Positions 50,201 to 59,463 of a stretch of 64,000 nt of DNA are shown in pieces. The stretch's first letter is position 1, and the number at the start of each line of letters is the position of its first letter. A model generated the notes under the pieces. That model worked only from the letters and a program-made list of their open reading frames with translations, was not told where the DNA came from and ran no database searches. Made by a program: the position numbers and the translations under genes. This DNA is from an uncultured bacterium (lineage in GTDB: Bacteria > Oederibacteriota > PGYV01 > CAWJRG01), in contig CAWJRG010000009.1 of assembly GCA_963845185.1 (NCBI GenBank), positions 448,001 to 512,000 on the forward strand, written 5' to 3'.

Positions 50201-51830
50201 CAGACTGTGTCATAATGTTTTTGTAGTCTGAAACGATATTTGACAGATAAAAAATGGTATAATGTCTCCAGAAAACACATCAGAAAAGGAGACAAAAATG
50301 GCATACCGATATGGAGACCGAAGTCAGTTGACAATGTTTCCGCAGAGCATAGAAGAATATGTAGGGGAAGATGATCCTGTAAGGGCGTACGACGCGTTCG
50401 TAAAGGCGTTGAAAATGGAAGAACTTGGGATAGTAATAGATGAAACGCAAATGGGAAATTCGGAATACGACCCTGAGGCTATGATAAAATTGCTGGTATA
50501 CGGATATTCATACGGGACACGAAGTTCGAGAAAACTGGAAAGAGCGACGCATCATAATGTGTCTTTTATGTGGCTGCTGGGAGGATTGAAGCCGGATCAT
50601 AAAACAATAGCAAGGTTTCGAAAAGACAACCGGGAAATGTTGAAAAACGTGATGAAACAAAGCGCAAAGATGTGTATGAAACTGGGATTGATAGAAGGAA
50701 ACACGCTATTTGTAGACGGGAGCAAGATAAGGGCGAACGCGTCGATAAATAACACATGGACAATGGAGCGGTGTGAAAAAAGGATAAAGAAGATAGAAGA
50801 AAACATAGAAGCGATAATAAAGGAGAGCGAAAAGATAGACGAGGAAGAAAGCGGCGCTGAATCACTGGTAAAGATGAAGGAAAAATTAAGAGGCAAAGAG
50901 AAATTAAAAGCAAAGATAAAAGAGGTAATGGAAGAAATAAGGAACGAGGGGAAAAAGTCGATAAATACGACAGACAAGGAATGCGTGAAAGTAAAAGGGC
51001 GTCAGGGAACGCATGCGGGATATAACGGGCAGATAGTGGTAGATGAAAGACACGGACTGATAGTGCATAGCGACGTAGTAAACGAAAGCAATGACCGCAA
51101 GCAATTCGGGAGTCAGATTGAAGAAGCGGCGAAAACAGTTGAAAACAAATGCAAAAATGCGTGTGGGGATGCCGGATATGCCAGCATAGAAGAAATGAAA
51201 AAGATACACGACAAAGACATAAATGTAATAGTACCTTCTCAGGAACAGGTAGAGAAAAAAGACATCGGGCCGTTTGGGAAAGATAAATTCCAATACGATT
51301 CAGAGAAAGATACCTACACTTGTCCCGAAGGACAGATATTGACATGGCATAGTTTTGATAAAAAAAAGAATCTTGAAGTATATAGGTCTACTGAAGAAAA
51401 GGCTTGTATAGAATGTAAAAACTTTGGAGTATGCACCCGGTCTCCGAAGGGCAGAATGATAAAGAGGCTAAAAAACGAAGAACTAAAAATATTGCTTGAA
51501 GAAAAATATAAAACAAAAGAATCGCAGGATATTTTCAAGTTGAGAAAAGAGAAAGCAGAGTTGCCGTTCGGACATATTAAAAGAAATCTTGGAGTAAGCG
51601 GGTTTCTGCTGCGAGGGCTTGAAGGAGCAAGAGCTGAGATGGCGTTGTTCACAAGTTGTTTCAATATGGCTCGAATGATAAGCATTGTAGGTGTCAGGGA
51701 GTTGATTGCGCAGCTTGGATAGCAAGAAACATCGGGCCACGCAGGTTTTTTGTATAAAACAGGATATTTTGTAGATTTTTTAATTTACCTACGGCAATCA
51801 GCTGTGGACGGAGACTTATGACACAGTCTG
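50201..51830 (+). mobile_element. IS1182-family insertion sequence (1,630 bp)
   Basis: Perfect 15-bp terminal IRs CAGACTGTGTCATAA (50201-50215 and 51816-51830), flanked by a GAA duplication; encodes a transposase. Confidence 0.9.
50298..51722 (+). CDS. IS1182-family DDE transposase
   Basis: YDPEAMIKLLVYGYSYGTRSSRKLE, PDHKTIARFR, VDGSKIRANAS, DAGY, YTCPEG and ELPFGHIK motifs; ATG 50298 after SD AAGGAG (ORF track starts at 50262). Confidence 0.92.
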   Translation: MAYRYGDRSQLTMFPQSIEEYVGEDDPVRAYDAFVKALKMEELGIVIDETQMGNSEYDPEAMIKLLVYGYSYGTRSSRKLERATHHNVSFMWLLGGLKPDHKTIARFRKDNREMLKNVMKQSAKMCMKLGLIEGNTLFVDGSKIRANASINNTWTMERCEKRIKKIEENIEAIIKESEKIDEEESGAESLVKMKEKLRGKEKLKAKIKEVMEEIRNEGKKSINTTDKECVKVKGRQGTHAGYNGQIVVDERHGLIVHSDVVNESNDRKQFGSQIEEAAKTVENKCKNACGDAGYASIEEMKKIHDKDINVIVPSQEQVEKKDIGPFGKDKFQYDSEKDTYTCPEGQILTWHSFDKKKNLEVYRSTEEKACIECKNFGVCTRSPKGRMIKRLKNEELKILLEEKYKTKESQDIFKLRKEKAELPFGHIKRNLGVSGFLLRGLEGARAEMALFTSCFNMARMISIVGVRELIAQLG

Positions 51831-51887
51831 GAAGTCAGAGGTAATTTAGTTAAGCAATATATAAATACATTCCAGGCAGGTGCGGAG

Positions 51888-52508
51888 ATGCATCCAGTAA
51901 ATTATTTCGACCAGATACCGGCGCAGGCGTCAAAAGAAATGGTTTTCATACGCCTCGGCCGCAAAAAGAACATTGCCAAAATAGACGAAGCCCAGCAGCG
52001 GCAGCTCGACGAGGCAATCAGGGAAGGCGAACTGCTCTGCCGCGTCAAGGGCGCTTACATGACGGTCAAGGTAAGCGAGAAAAACAGCGAAAAAATAATA
52101 CTTGAAAACGGGATGATTTTTGAGAGCGGGAACCTTGCCGAGTGGATGTTTGACGCGGACGAGCTGGTGCTTATGGCCGCGACGGCAGGCAAAGAAGTCA
52201 TTGAGCGCAGGGACAAGGAAATTAATTCCGGCAACGCCATGCTCGGCGTGGTAATAGACGCGGTCGCCTCGGAAACAGCTGATGAAGGCCTGAACAGGCT
52301 GGAAGACATAATCAATAAAATGCTGGTAAAGCAGGGAAAGATACTCACAAAAAGGTATTCACCCGGCTACGGAGACCTGGCGCTGTCAGCGCAAAAGGAC
52401 ATTTATAATTTACTTAAGCTTGATAAAATCGGGATAACCATAACTGAAAGCATGATGCTTGAGCCGGAAAAGTCGGTAACGGCCATAGCGGGAGTCATAC
52501 CGATATAA
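51888..52508 (+). CDS. Stand-alone B12-dependent methionine synthase activation-domain protein
   Basis: LMAATAG, IDAVASE, RYSPGYGDL and MLEPEKSVTAI motifs; precedes metH. Confidence 0.85.
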   Translation: MHPVNYFDQIPAQASKEMVFIRLGRKKNIAKIDEAQQRQLDEAIREGELLCRVKGAYMTVKVSEKNSEKIILENGMIFESGNLAEWMFDADELVLMAATAGKEVIERRDKEINSGNAMLGVVIDAVASETADEGLNRLEDIINKMLVKQGKILTKRYSPGYGDLALSAQKDIYNLLKLDKIGITITESMMLEPEKSVTAIAGVIPI

Positions 52509-52525
52509 ATCCGGGATATTTAATC

Positions 52526-52841
52526 CCTAACGAATTCACCGACTTTAGCCGGAGATGGGGCGTAAGACGAAGGTCCCGCACCTTGTGGCCCCACCAATAA
52601 ATTTGCCGGATTCCTCTCCCTTGACGGGAGAGGAAAAAAGGAGAGGGTGAAGTAGCAGCAATAACTATGTAAATTAAGATAAAAGATAAAATGCGAAATG
52701 GGAAAAAGAAATTTTGGGATCTGATATTGGCGTGAGCGACACAGTATCAGCTGCTGCCTCACCCTCATCCCGGCCTTCCCCCGTCGAGGGGGAAGGGGAA
52801 GTTTTTGAATCCTCCGACGAAGTCTGAGTGATTCAATCAGG
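52526..52841. mobile_element. MITE/REPIN-like element, copy 2 (uninterrupted)
   Basis: Same organisation as copy 1; its CCTCCGACGAAGTCTG corresponds to the empty IS target site. Confidence 0.6.
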
Positions 52842-52852
52842 CCGAGGTTAAG

Positions 52853-55249
52853 ATGAACATAAAATTGCTGAAAAAGTCATTAGAAAAAAGGATTATACTG
52901 CTTGACGGATCAACCGGCGCCGCATTGCAGCGGCGCGGCATGCCAAGCGGAGTATGCCCGGAGAAATGGGCTCTGGACAATCCTGAAGCGCTTATTCAGC
53001 TGCAAAAAGAATATATTAATGCAGGCTCTGAAATAATATTAACGTTTACTTTAGGAGGTACCCGGGCAAAACTTTCCGAATACGGCATGGAAAAAGAAGC
53101 CGTAAAAATAAATACGGGCCTTGCCGAAGTATCGAAAAAAACGGCTGGAAAAAACGCGCTTGTGGCCGGTGACATAGGGCCGACCGGACGCTTTCCCAGG
53201 CCATTTGGAGATATGGCTTTTGCTGAATGCGTTGACATGTTTAAAGAGCAGGTTTGCGGCCTTTTGAAGGGCGGGGTTGATTTATTCCTTATAGAAACAA
53301 TGTTTGACATACAGGAGGCAAGGGCTGCCCTGCTTGCCGTAAAAGAGTCGTGCAGTTTGCCTGTAATGGTAAGCATGACTTATGACGAGACTCAAAGGAC
53401 CATAACAGGCACAGACCCTGTGTCTGCCCTGATAACCCTGCAGAACCTGGGAGCTGATTTTGTGGGCGTGAACTGCTCGACAGGGCCAAAAGAAATCGTC
53501 AGGATCATTAAAATAATGAAGCCTTACGCGGAAGTTCCTCTTTTTGCAAAGCCAAACGCGGGCCTGCCGAGGCTTGTAAAGGGGAAAACAGTTTTCAAGA
53601 TGGGCGCAGGGGAATTCGCCTCATATACAAAGGCATTTGTTAAGGCAGGGGTAAACATGCTCGGCGGATGCTGCGGCACAACGCCTGAATTTATAAAAGA
53701 GATAAAAAAGAAATTAAAAGGCTCAAAACCTGCAAAAGCGAAAATAAAACCATACAGCGCGGTCTCGTCCAGCCGCAATACTGTGATGATCGGGGCAGGC
53801 AAAGAGCCTATAATAGTAGGCGAACGCATAAACCCCACGGGCAAAAAGCTGCTGCAGGAAGAATTAAGGCAGGGCAAGACAACTGAAACCATGCGTTTTG
53901 CTCAGGAACAGCTGGAACACGGCGCGAAAATCCTTGATGTAAATGTCGGGATGCCCGGCATAGATGAAAAACAGACAATGACGGATGCCGTGGAGCTGCT
54001 CAGCGCGGCTGCTGAATCCCCGCTATGCATTGATTCTTCATCGCCCGATGTCATAGAATCAGCGCTAAGGATTTACCCGGGCAGGGCATTGATAAACTCC
54101 ATATCGGGTGAAAAGAATAAATTGAAAAAACTTTTGCCGGTAGCTGCCAGGTACGGGGCGATGTTCATACTGCTGCCGATAACAGAAAAGGGCGTGCCTG
54201 AGACAGCAGAGAAAAGGATAGCTGTAATAAAGAAGGTTTTTAAAGAGGCGCAAAAATATGGTTTTGAAAAAAAGGATATTGTAATAGACGGGCTTGTCAT
54301 GACAGTTTCATCGAACCGGGATGCAGCAAAAGAAACCTTAAAAGTTATAGCATGGGCGAAAAAGAACGGTTTTAACTCAATTGTAGGCCTGTCAAACGTG
54401 TCTTTTGGCCTGCCTGAAAGGCAGGTTATAAATTCCACTTTCTTTAGCCTTGCACGCAAAAAAGGCCTGACCATGGCAATAGCAAACCCAATGGCTGATT
54501 TGACGATAAAAGATAAAATGGCAGAAGATGTCCTGCTTGGCAGGGACAAGAATGCAGCTGCGTTTATTGCGCGCTTCTCGCAAATAAAACCTGAAGCGCA
54601 GAAACAGGCATCCCGGATTAACACAACCGATGCCATATTCAACGCGGTAGTAAAGGGCAATAAGGAAAGTATCGTTGATTTGATAGACACGGCATTAAAG
54701 GAAAAACAGGATCCAAAAGAAATTACAGACAACATACTCATCCCAGCCATAAACAAAGTCGGGGAACTTTACGATAAAAAAGAATATTTCCTGCCGCAGC
54801 TTATAGCGAGCGCGGAGGCAATGAAGACAGCTTTCGCAAAGCTGGAACCGCTGCTTGCCGGCAAAACCATTCAGGGCAACAAGGCGAAGATAGTAATAGC
54901 CACTGTTAAAGGAGATATACACGACATTGGCAAAAACATAGTTGTATTGATGCTTAAAAACTACGGTTTTGAGGTTTATGACCTTGGCAAGGATGTGCAC
55001 GAGTATGTGATAGTAGCCAAGGCAAAAGAGGTGAATCCTGACATAATTGCGCTATCGGCGCTTATGACCACTACGATGGTTGAGATGAAGGTTGTAATAG
55101 ACAAAGCAAAACAGGAAGGACTGAAATGCAAATTCCTGATAGGCGGGGCAGTGATAACCTCTGCCTTTGCGCAGGAAATAGGCGCTGACGGATACGCCCG
55201 TGACGCGTATGAAGCGGTAAAAAAGGCAAAGATACTGACAGGGAAATGA
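52853..55249 (+). CDS. metH: B12-dependent methionine synthase (homocysteine-binding, pterin-binding and cobalamin-binding domains; no activation domain)
   Basis: LLDG, GVNCSTGP and GGCCGTTP (Zn), GERINPTGKK, GLSNVSFGLP, ATVKGDIHDIGKNIV (B12). Confidence 0.9.
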   Translation: MNIKLLKKSLEKRIILLDGSTGAALQRRGMPSGVCPEKWALDNPEALIQLQKEYINAGSEIILTFTLGGTRAKLSEYGMEKEAVKINTGLAEVSKKTAGKNALVAGDIGPTGRFPRPFGDMAFAECVDMFKEQVCGLLKGGVDLFLIETMFDIQEARAALLAVKESCSLPVMVSMTYDETQRTITGTDPVSALITLQNLGADFVGVNCSTGPKEIVRIIKIMKPYAEVPLFAKPNAGLPRLVKGKTVFKMGAGEFASYTKAFVKAGVNMLGGCCGTTPEFIKEIKKKLKGSKPAKAKIKPYSAVSSSRNTVMIGAGKEPIIVGERINPTGKKLLQEELRQGKTTETMRFAQEQLEHGAKILDVNVGMPGIDEKQTMTDAVELLSAAAESPLCIDSSSPDVIESALRIYPGRALINSISGEKNKLKKLLPVAARYGAMFILLPITEKGVPETAEKRIAVIKKVFKEAQKYGFEKKDIVIDGLVMTVSSNRDAAKETLKVIAWAKKNGFNSIVGLSNVSFGLPERQVINSTFFSLARKKGLTMAIANPMADLTIKDKMAEDVLLGRDKNAAAFIARFSQIKPEAQKQASRINTTDAIFNAVVKGNKESIVDLIDTALKEKQDPKEITDNILIPAINKVGELYDKKEYFLPQLIASAEAMKTAFAKLEPLLAGKTIQGNKAKIVIATVKGDIHDIGKNIVVLMLKNYGFEVYDLGKDVHEYVIVAKAKEVNPDIIALSALMTTTMVEMKVVIDKAKQEGLKCKFLIGGAVITSAFAQEIGADGYARDAYEAVKKAKILTGK

Positions 55250-55310
55250 TTAAACGCAGGACGCAAAATCGTGTATTTTTTTTGATAAAACTTTAATAAA
55301 GGAGTGAAAA

Positions 55311-55745
55311 ATGCCGGAAGACATGTCAAGGTTGAGGGATGCTTAAAAAAAGGTTGATTTTTTTTATTCGTTAAGCTTTACGGAACTTGATGAACTGATT
55401 GGCGCGTTAAAAAAGAGGACAGCGCCCAAGGGACAGGTAATAATAAAACAGGGAGACAGGGGAGACACTTTTTATTTAATCAGCGCGGGTTCGGTCAAGG
55501 TTTCAGTTAAAAAAGGATTCTGGGGCAGCAAACAGGTGGCGGAGTTAAGGTCGGGGGATTTTTTCGGCGAAATGGCGCTCGTGTCGGACGAACCGAGGAG
55601 CGCGACTGTGACTGCCGATGATGCATGCGAACTTTTTGTCCTTTATAAAAAGGATTTTAAGGACATACTCCTTGCAAGCCCGAAGATATCCGCGATAATA
55701 AACAGGGTACTGGCTGACAGGAAATCGCAAAACAAAAAAGGCTGA
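55311..55745 (+). pseudogene. Single-domain cyclic-nucleotide-binding protein with in-frame TAA at codon 12
   Basis: SD AAGGAG, then MPEDMSRLRDA*KKVDFF...IIKQGDRGDTFYLISAGSV...GDFFGEMAL...PRSATV in one frame; TAA at 55344-55346. Confidence 0.75.
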
Positions 55746-55806
55746 TTTTATAATATATTGCATTTTTTCAGTTGAAAAGGGCGGATAATTGATAAATTGT
55801 TTTTCC

Positions 55807-55834
55807 TTGACAACACTGAAAAATATGATATATT
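55807..55834 (+). promoter_or_regulatory. Sigma70-type promoter of hox operon
   Basis: TTGACA-N16-TATATT with extended -10 TG. Confidence 0.5.
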
Positions 55835-55890
55835 TTTCGTAATTTATTATAAAAAACCGCGACTATATAATTGTTTTTTTATATAATTTC

Positions 55891-55908
55891 TTGTGAGAAT
55901 ATTCACGA
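55891..55908. promoter_or_regulatory. Rex-like operator
   Basis: TTGTGAGAATATTCACGA versus Rex consensus TTGTGAA-N4-TTCACAA (2 mismatches), upstream of an NAD-linked hydrogenase. Confidence 0.6.
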
Positions 55909-55910
55909 AC

Positions 55911-56104
55911 ATACCGCTTGTAATCGGCTGCAGCCGATGACTTGAGCGGGTATAAGAGCCCGTAATGTTTTGTCTGCGCTGGAAGCTTGACAAAATGTAC
56001 ACCTCTTGTCCTCAGCCTGAAGGCTTCGGACTGGAGCGGGTGTAAGTCGATGTAATTTTCGGCTGCACCCTGCGGGTTTGTCTCAAAAACATCGACTTAG
56101 GAGG
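55911..56104 (+). ncRNA. Candidate structured leader RNA, two tandem copies of a two-hairpin motif
   Basis: ACC(G/T)CTT-hairpin-T(T/G)GAGCGGGT stems with compensatory changes; the last stem TAAGTCGATGT/ACATCGACTTA ends at the SD of hoxF. Confidence 0.5.
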
Positions 56105-56112
56105 ACATTAAA

Positions 56113-57954
56113 ATGCCTAAAAAATCCGCTAAAAAAAGACCGGCAAAAAAATCTGCCGCACCATTTAAATCAAACAAGGTTTCCGCAATAATAAAAAAGT
56201 ACAATTTTGACCCGTCGCGCCTGATGGACATACTCCTCGACGTCCAGGCACAGCAGGGCTGCGTCAGTGAAGCTTCCATAAAAGAAATCGCAGCTGCAAC
56301 AGGTATCCCGATGGCAGATGTAAATCAGACCGCGAGCTTTTATCATTTTTTTTCCAAAAAGCCGTGGGGTAAATATACAATTTACCTCAACGACAGCCTG
56401 GTTTCCTGCTTTAAGGGTTTTGAGGAAGTAAAAGAAGCTTTTGAAAGGGCAACGGGCGTAAAATTCGGCAATGTCACAAAGGACGGCCTTATAGGCCTGT
56501 TCCTGACTGCGGATACCGGCATGAACGACCAGGAGCCGGCAGCGCTTATAAACGGCCAGGTTTTTACAAAACTTACGCCTGACAAAGCAAGGGCGATTAT
56601 CGCCGGTATATGCGAAGGCAAAACTGCCGAGGAATTAAAGGCGGCAAAATACGGAGACGGCAAAAATTCACACCCGCTTTTGAAATCAATGGTGCAAAAC
56701 AACCTGCTGCAAAAAGGCGAGGTTATTTTTTCGGATTACAAGCCGGGCGATGCAGTCAGGAAGATGGCAGCAATGAGCTCGACCGATGTAATAAATACAA
56801 TTAAAAATTCAGGATTGCGCGGCAGGGGCGGCGCGGGCTTCCCGACGGGATTGAAATGGGAATTATGCAGGAAAAACCAGGCGCCGAAGCATTTTATACT
56901 CTGCAACGCCGACGAGGGCGAACCGGGCACGTTTAAGGACAGGGTAATACTGACCGAGCTGCCCATGCTTGTATTTGAGGGCATAACAGTCGCGGGTTAC
57001 GCTATAGGCGCGGAACTCGGCATACTTTACCTGAGAAACGAATACATGTACATGAAGGATTATTTAAACAGCGCGCTTGAAGATATGAGAAAACAAGGCC
57101 TGCTCGGCAGCTCGATAGCAGGCAGGAAAGGCTTTAATTTTGACATAAGGATACAGTTCGGCGCGGGCGCGTATGTCTGCGGCGAGGAATCCGCACTTAT
57201 AGAATCAGCCGAGGGTAAAAGAGGGGAGCCGAGGGACAGGCCGCCTTTCCCCGTTGACAACGGATACCTGGGCATGCCTACGGCGGTAAATAACGTCGAG
57301 ACGCTGTCCGCGGCAGCGAAAATAATATCAAAAGGCGCGGAATGGTTCTCAAGCATGGGCACAAAAGACTCAAAAGGGACAAAAGTTTTAAGCGTATCAG
57401 GGGACTGCGCAAACCCCGGTGTCTATGAGGTTGTTTTCGGCACAAAAATAAAGGACATCATTAAAATGGCAGGCGCCGAAGACATCCAGGCAATACAGGT
57501 AGGCGGGCCGTCAGGAACATGCATAGCCCCTGAAAGTTTTGAAAGGGCAATTGCTTTTGAGGACATGCCTACGGGCGGAGCTTTGATAGTTATTGGAAAC
57601 AAAAGGTCGCTTTTAAAAGAAGTGGTGTTGAATTACCTTGAATTTTTTATAGAAGAATCATGCGGTTCCTGCGTGCCGTGCAGGGCAATGACCGTGATGT
57701 ACAAAAAGTCCGTGGAAAAGCTTCTCCGCGGATATGCAACGAAGGCGGACATTGACGCCATGCTTTCGTGGGAAGCAGTGATGAAAAAAAACAGGTGCGG
57801 CCTTGGCCAGACAGCCATGAACCCGGCTGTGACAACAATAAAAAATTTCAGGAAACTATATGACAGCATGATAAAAATTACAGACGACAGCATAAAGCCG
57901 TCATTTGATGAAGAGGCAGCTGTGAAAGATTATAATGAAGCGGTAAAAATATAA
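56113..57954 (+). CDS. hoxF: NAD-reducing hydrogenase diaphorase flavoprotein subunit (NuoE+NuoF-like)
   Basis: GRGGAGFPTG, NADEGEPGTFKDR, GAGAYVCGEESALIES and SCGSCVPCR...CGLG motifs. Confidence 0.92.
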   Translation: MPKKSAKKRPAKKSAAPFKSNKVSAIIKKYNFDPSRLMDILLDVQAQQGCVSEASIKEIAAATGIPMADVNQTASFYHFFSKKPWGKYTIYLNDSLVSCFKGFEEVKEAFERATGVKFGNVTKDGLIGLFLTADTGMNDQEPAALINGQVFTKLTPDKARAIIAGICEGKTAEELKAAKYGDGKNSHPLLKSMVQNNLLQKGEVIFSDYKPGDAVRKMAAMSSTDVINTIKNSGLRGRGGAGFPTGLKWELCRKNQAPKHFILCNADEGEPGTFKDRVILTELPMLVFEGITVAGYAIGAELGILYLRNEYMYMKDYLNSALEDMRKQGLLGSSIAGRKGFNFDIRIQFGAGAYVCGEESALIESAEGKRGEPRDRPPFPVDNGYLGMPTAVNNVETLSAAAKIISKGAEWFSSMGTKDSKGTKVLSVSGDCANPGVYEVVFGTKIKDIIKMAGAEDIQAIQVGGPSGTCIAPESFERAIAFEDMPTGGALIVIGNKRSLLKEVVLNYLEFFIEESCGSCVPCRAMTVMYKKSVEKLLRGYATKADIDAMLSWEAVMKKNRCGLGQTAMNPAVTTIKNFRKLYDSMIKITDDSIKPSFDEEAAVKDYNEAVKI

Positions 57955-57982
57955 ATATATACCCTAAAAAAGGAGCAAAAAT

Positions 57983-58675
57983 ATGGCAGCGATAGTCAGG
58001 TTCAAAATAGACGGAAAGGAATGCATGACCGAGGAAGGGAAATTCCTCGTGGAAGCCGCGAAAGACAACGGCGTTTACATACCCACGCTTTGCAACTATG
58101 AGGGCGTGAAGCCCCAGGGCTCGTGCAGGATATGCAATGTGCTCATTAACGGCAGGCCTGCCACTGCATGCACTACAAAGGTAACCGAAGGCATTGACGT
58201 GCAGAACATAACACCGGAACTCGAGGAGTTCAGGAAAACCGTTATTGAGCTTTTATTTGCCGAAGGCAACCACCTTTGCCCGTCATGCGAAAAAAGCGGG
58301 ACCTGCGAGCTGCAGGCGCTCGGATACAGGTACAGAATGATGGTGCCGAGGTTCCCTTACCTTTACCCGTCCAGGGAAATAGAGGCATGGCACCCGAAGC
58401 TCATGAAAGACCACAATAGGTGCATTCAGTGCAAAAGGTGCATAAGGGGCATAAGCAGTAAAGACGGCAAGAATATATTCGCGTTCGCTAAACGCGGGGA
58501 GGAAGTAATAATAGCCATCGACACTGAGACGTCGGCAAATATGAGCGATGAACTGGCGCAGAAAGCAATGGATATATGCCCGGTAGGCGCGATACTCAGG
58601 AAAAGAAAAGGATTTGACGTGCCGATCGGAAAAAGAAAATACGATTCTGCGCCCATCGGGAGCGATGTAAAATAA
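57983..58675 (+). CDS. hoxU: NAD-reducing hydrogenase diaphorase FeS subunit
   Basis: IPTLC, GSCRIC, HLCPSCEKSGTCELQ, CIQCKRC and CPVGA motifs. Confidence 0.92.
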   Translation: MAAIVRFKIDGKECMTEEGKFLVEAAKDNGVYIPTLCNYEGVKPQGSCRICNVLINGRPATACTTKVTEGIDVQNITPELEEFRKTVIELLFAEGNHLCPSCEKSGTCELQALGYRYRMMVPRFPYLYPSREIEAWHPKLMKDHNRCIQCKRCIRGISSKDGKNIFAFAKRGEEVIIAIDTETSANMSDELAQKAMDICPVGAILRKRKGFDVPIGKRKYDSAPIGSDVK

Positions 58676-58737
58676 CGTTAATCGTTGATTGTTGACCGTT
58701 GTTCATATATTGAAAAAAACCAGAAACTGAAAATAAC

Positions 58738-58844
58738 GCACCGCTTATCCCCGGCTAAAGCCTTGGATTTGAGCGGGTGCTAAGATTCCGTAAGACTTTG
58801 CCTTTGCTGCTGACGCCGGGCAAAATCAACGGAACCTAAGGAGG
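58738..58844 (+). ncRNA. Third copy of the two-hairpin RNA motif, upstream of hoxY
   Basis: GCACCGCTT-ATCC..GGCT/AGCC..GGAT-TTGAGCGGGTGC, then a TTCCGT/ACGGAA stem ending just before TAAGGAGG. Confidence 0.5.
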
Positions 58845-58849
58845 AATAA

Positions 58850-59401
58850 ATGGACAAGAAAATAATAGCAACAGCGTCGCTGGCAGGGTGTTTCGGGTGC
58901 CACATGTCATTTCTCGATATTGACGAGAGGATCCTTGATTTAATAGAAATTGTGGAATTCAACAAGTCGCCGATTGACGACATCAAGGAATTTACAAAAG
59001 AGTGCGACATCGGCCTGATAGAGGGCGGATGCTGCAACGACGAGAACGTGCATAATTTAAAGAATTTCAGGAAGCACTGCAAGATACTTGTTTCCGTGGG
59101 TGAGTGCGCCATAATGGGCGGACTGCCTGCGCTAAGGAACTGGATACCGCTTAAGGAATGCCTGGACGAAGCGTATTTAAACGGCCCGACAGTAAGCGAT
59201 GCAAACCCGCAAAAAATAATACCAAACGATCCCGATATACCGAAAATACTCGATAAAGTGTACCCGTGCCACGAAATAGTAAAGATAGACTATTTCCTGC
59301 CGGGGTGCCCGCCGAGGGCTGACCTCATATGGAACGCATTGTACGCGCTTGTCACAGGCAGCGAGCTTAAGCTGCCTTATGAAGTTTTTAAGTTTGATTA
59401 A
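58850..59401 (+). CDS. hoxY: NAD-reducing hydrogenase small subunit
   Basis: SLAGCFGCHMSFLDIDE, GECA and LPGCPP motifs; short single-cluster form. Confidence 0.92.
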   Translation: MDKKIIATASLAGCFGCHMSFLDIDERILDLIEIVEFNKSPIDDIKEFTKECDIGLIEGGCCNDENVHNLKNFRKHCKILVSVGECAIMGGLPALRNWIPLKECLDEAYLNGPTVSDANPQKIIPNDPDIPKILDKVYPCHEIVKIDYFLPGCPPRADLIWNALYALVTGSELKLPYEVFKFD

Positions 59402-59410
59402 TAAATTCAT

Positions 59411-59438
59411 GTAGAGACACGCTATGGCGTGTTTTTAC
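59411..59438. repeat. GTAG-type REP palindrome
   Basis: GTAGAGACACGC-TATG-GCGTGTTTTTAC, imperfect inverted repeat between hoxY and hoxH. Confidence 0.6.
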
Positions 59439-59463
59439 GATAAATTATAAAGGAGCAAGAACA

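Noticed and set aside
49911..52852. SAM or cobalamin riboswitch upstream of the methionine synthase genes
   Set aside because: No recognisable SAM-I core or B12-box; the structure is dominated by REP-like dyads and terminal inverted repeats.
26186..55346. Alternative genetic code suggested by in-frame TAG and TAA
   Set aside because: TAA, TAG and TGA all terminate well-defined genes in this window; isolated lesions or errors are more likely.
58676..58704. Short heptamer run (CGTTAAT CGTTGAT TGTTGAC CGTTGTT) after hoxU
   Set aside because: Only four degenerate units; too short to support a function.
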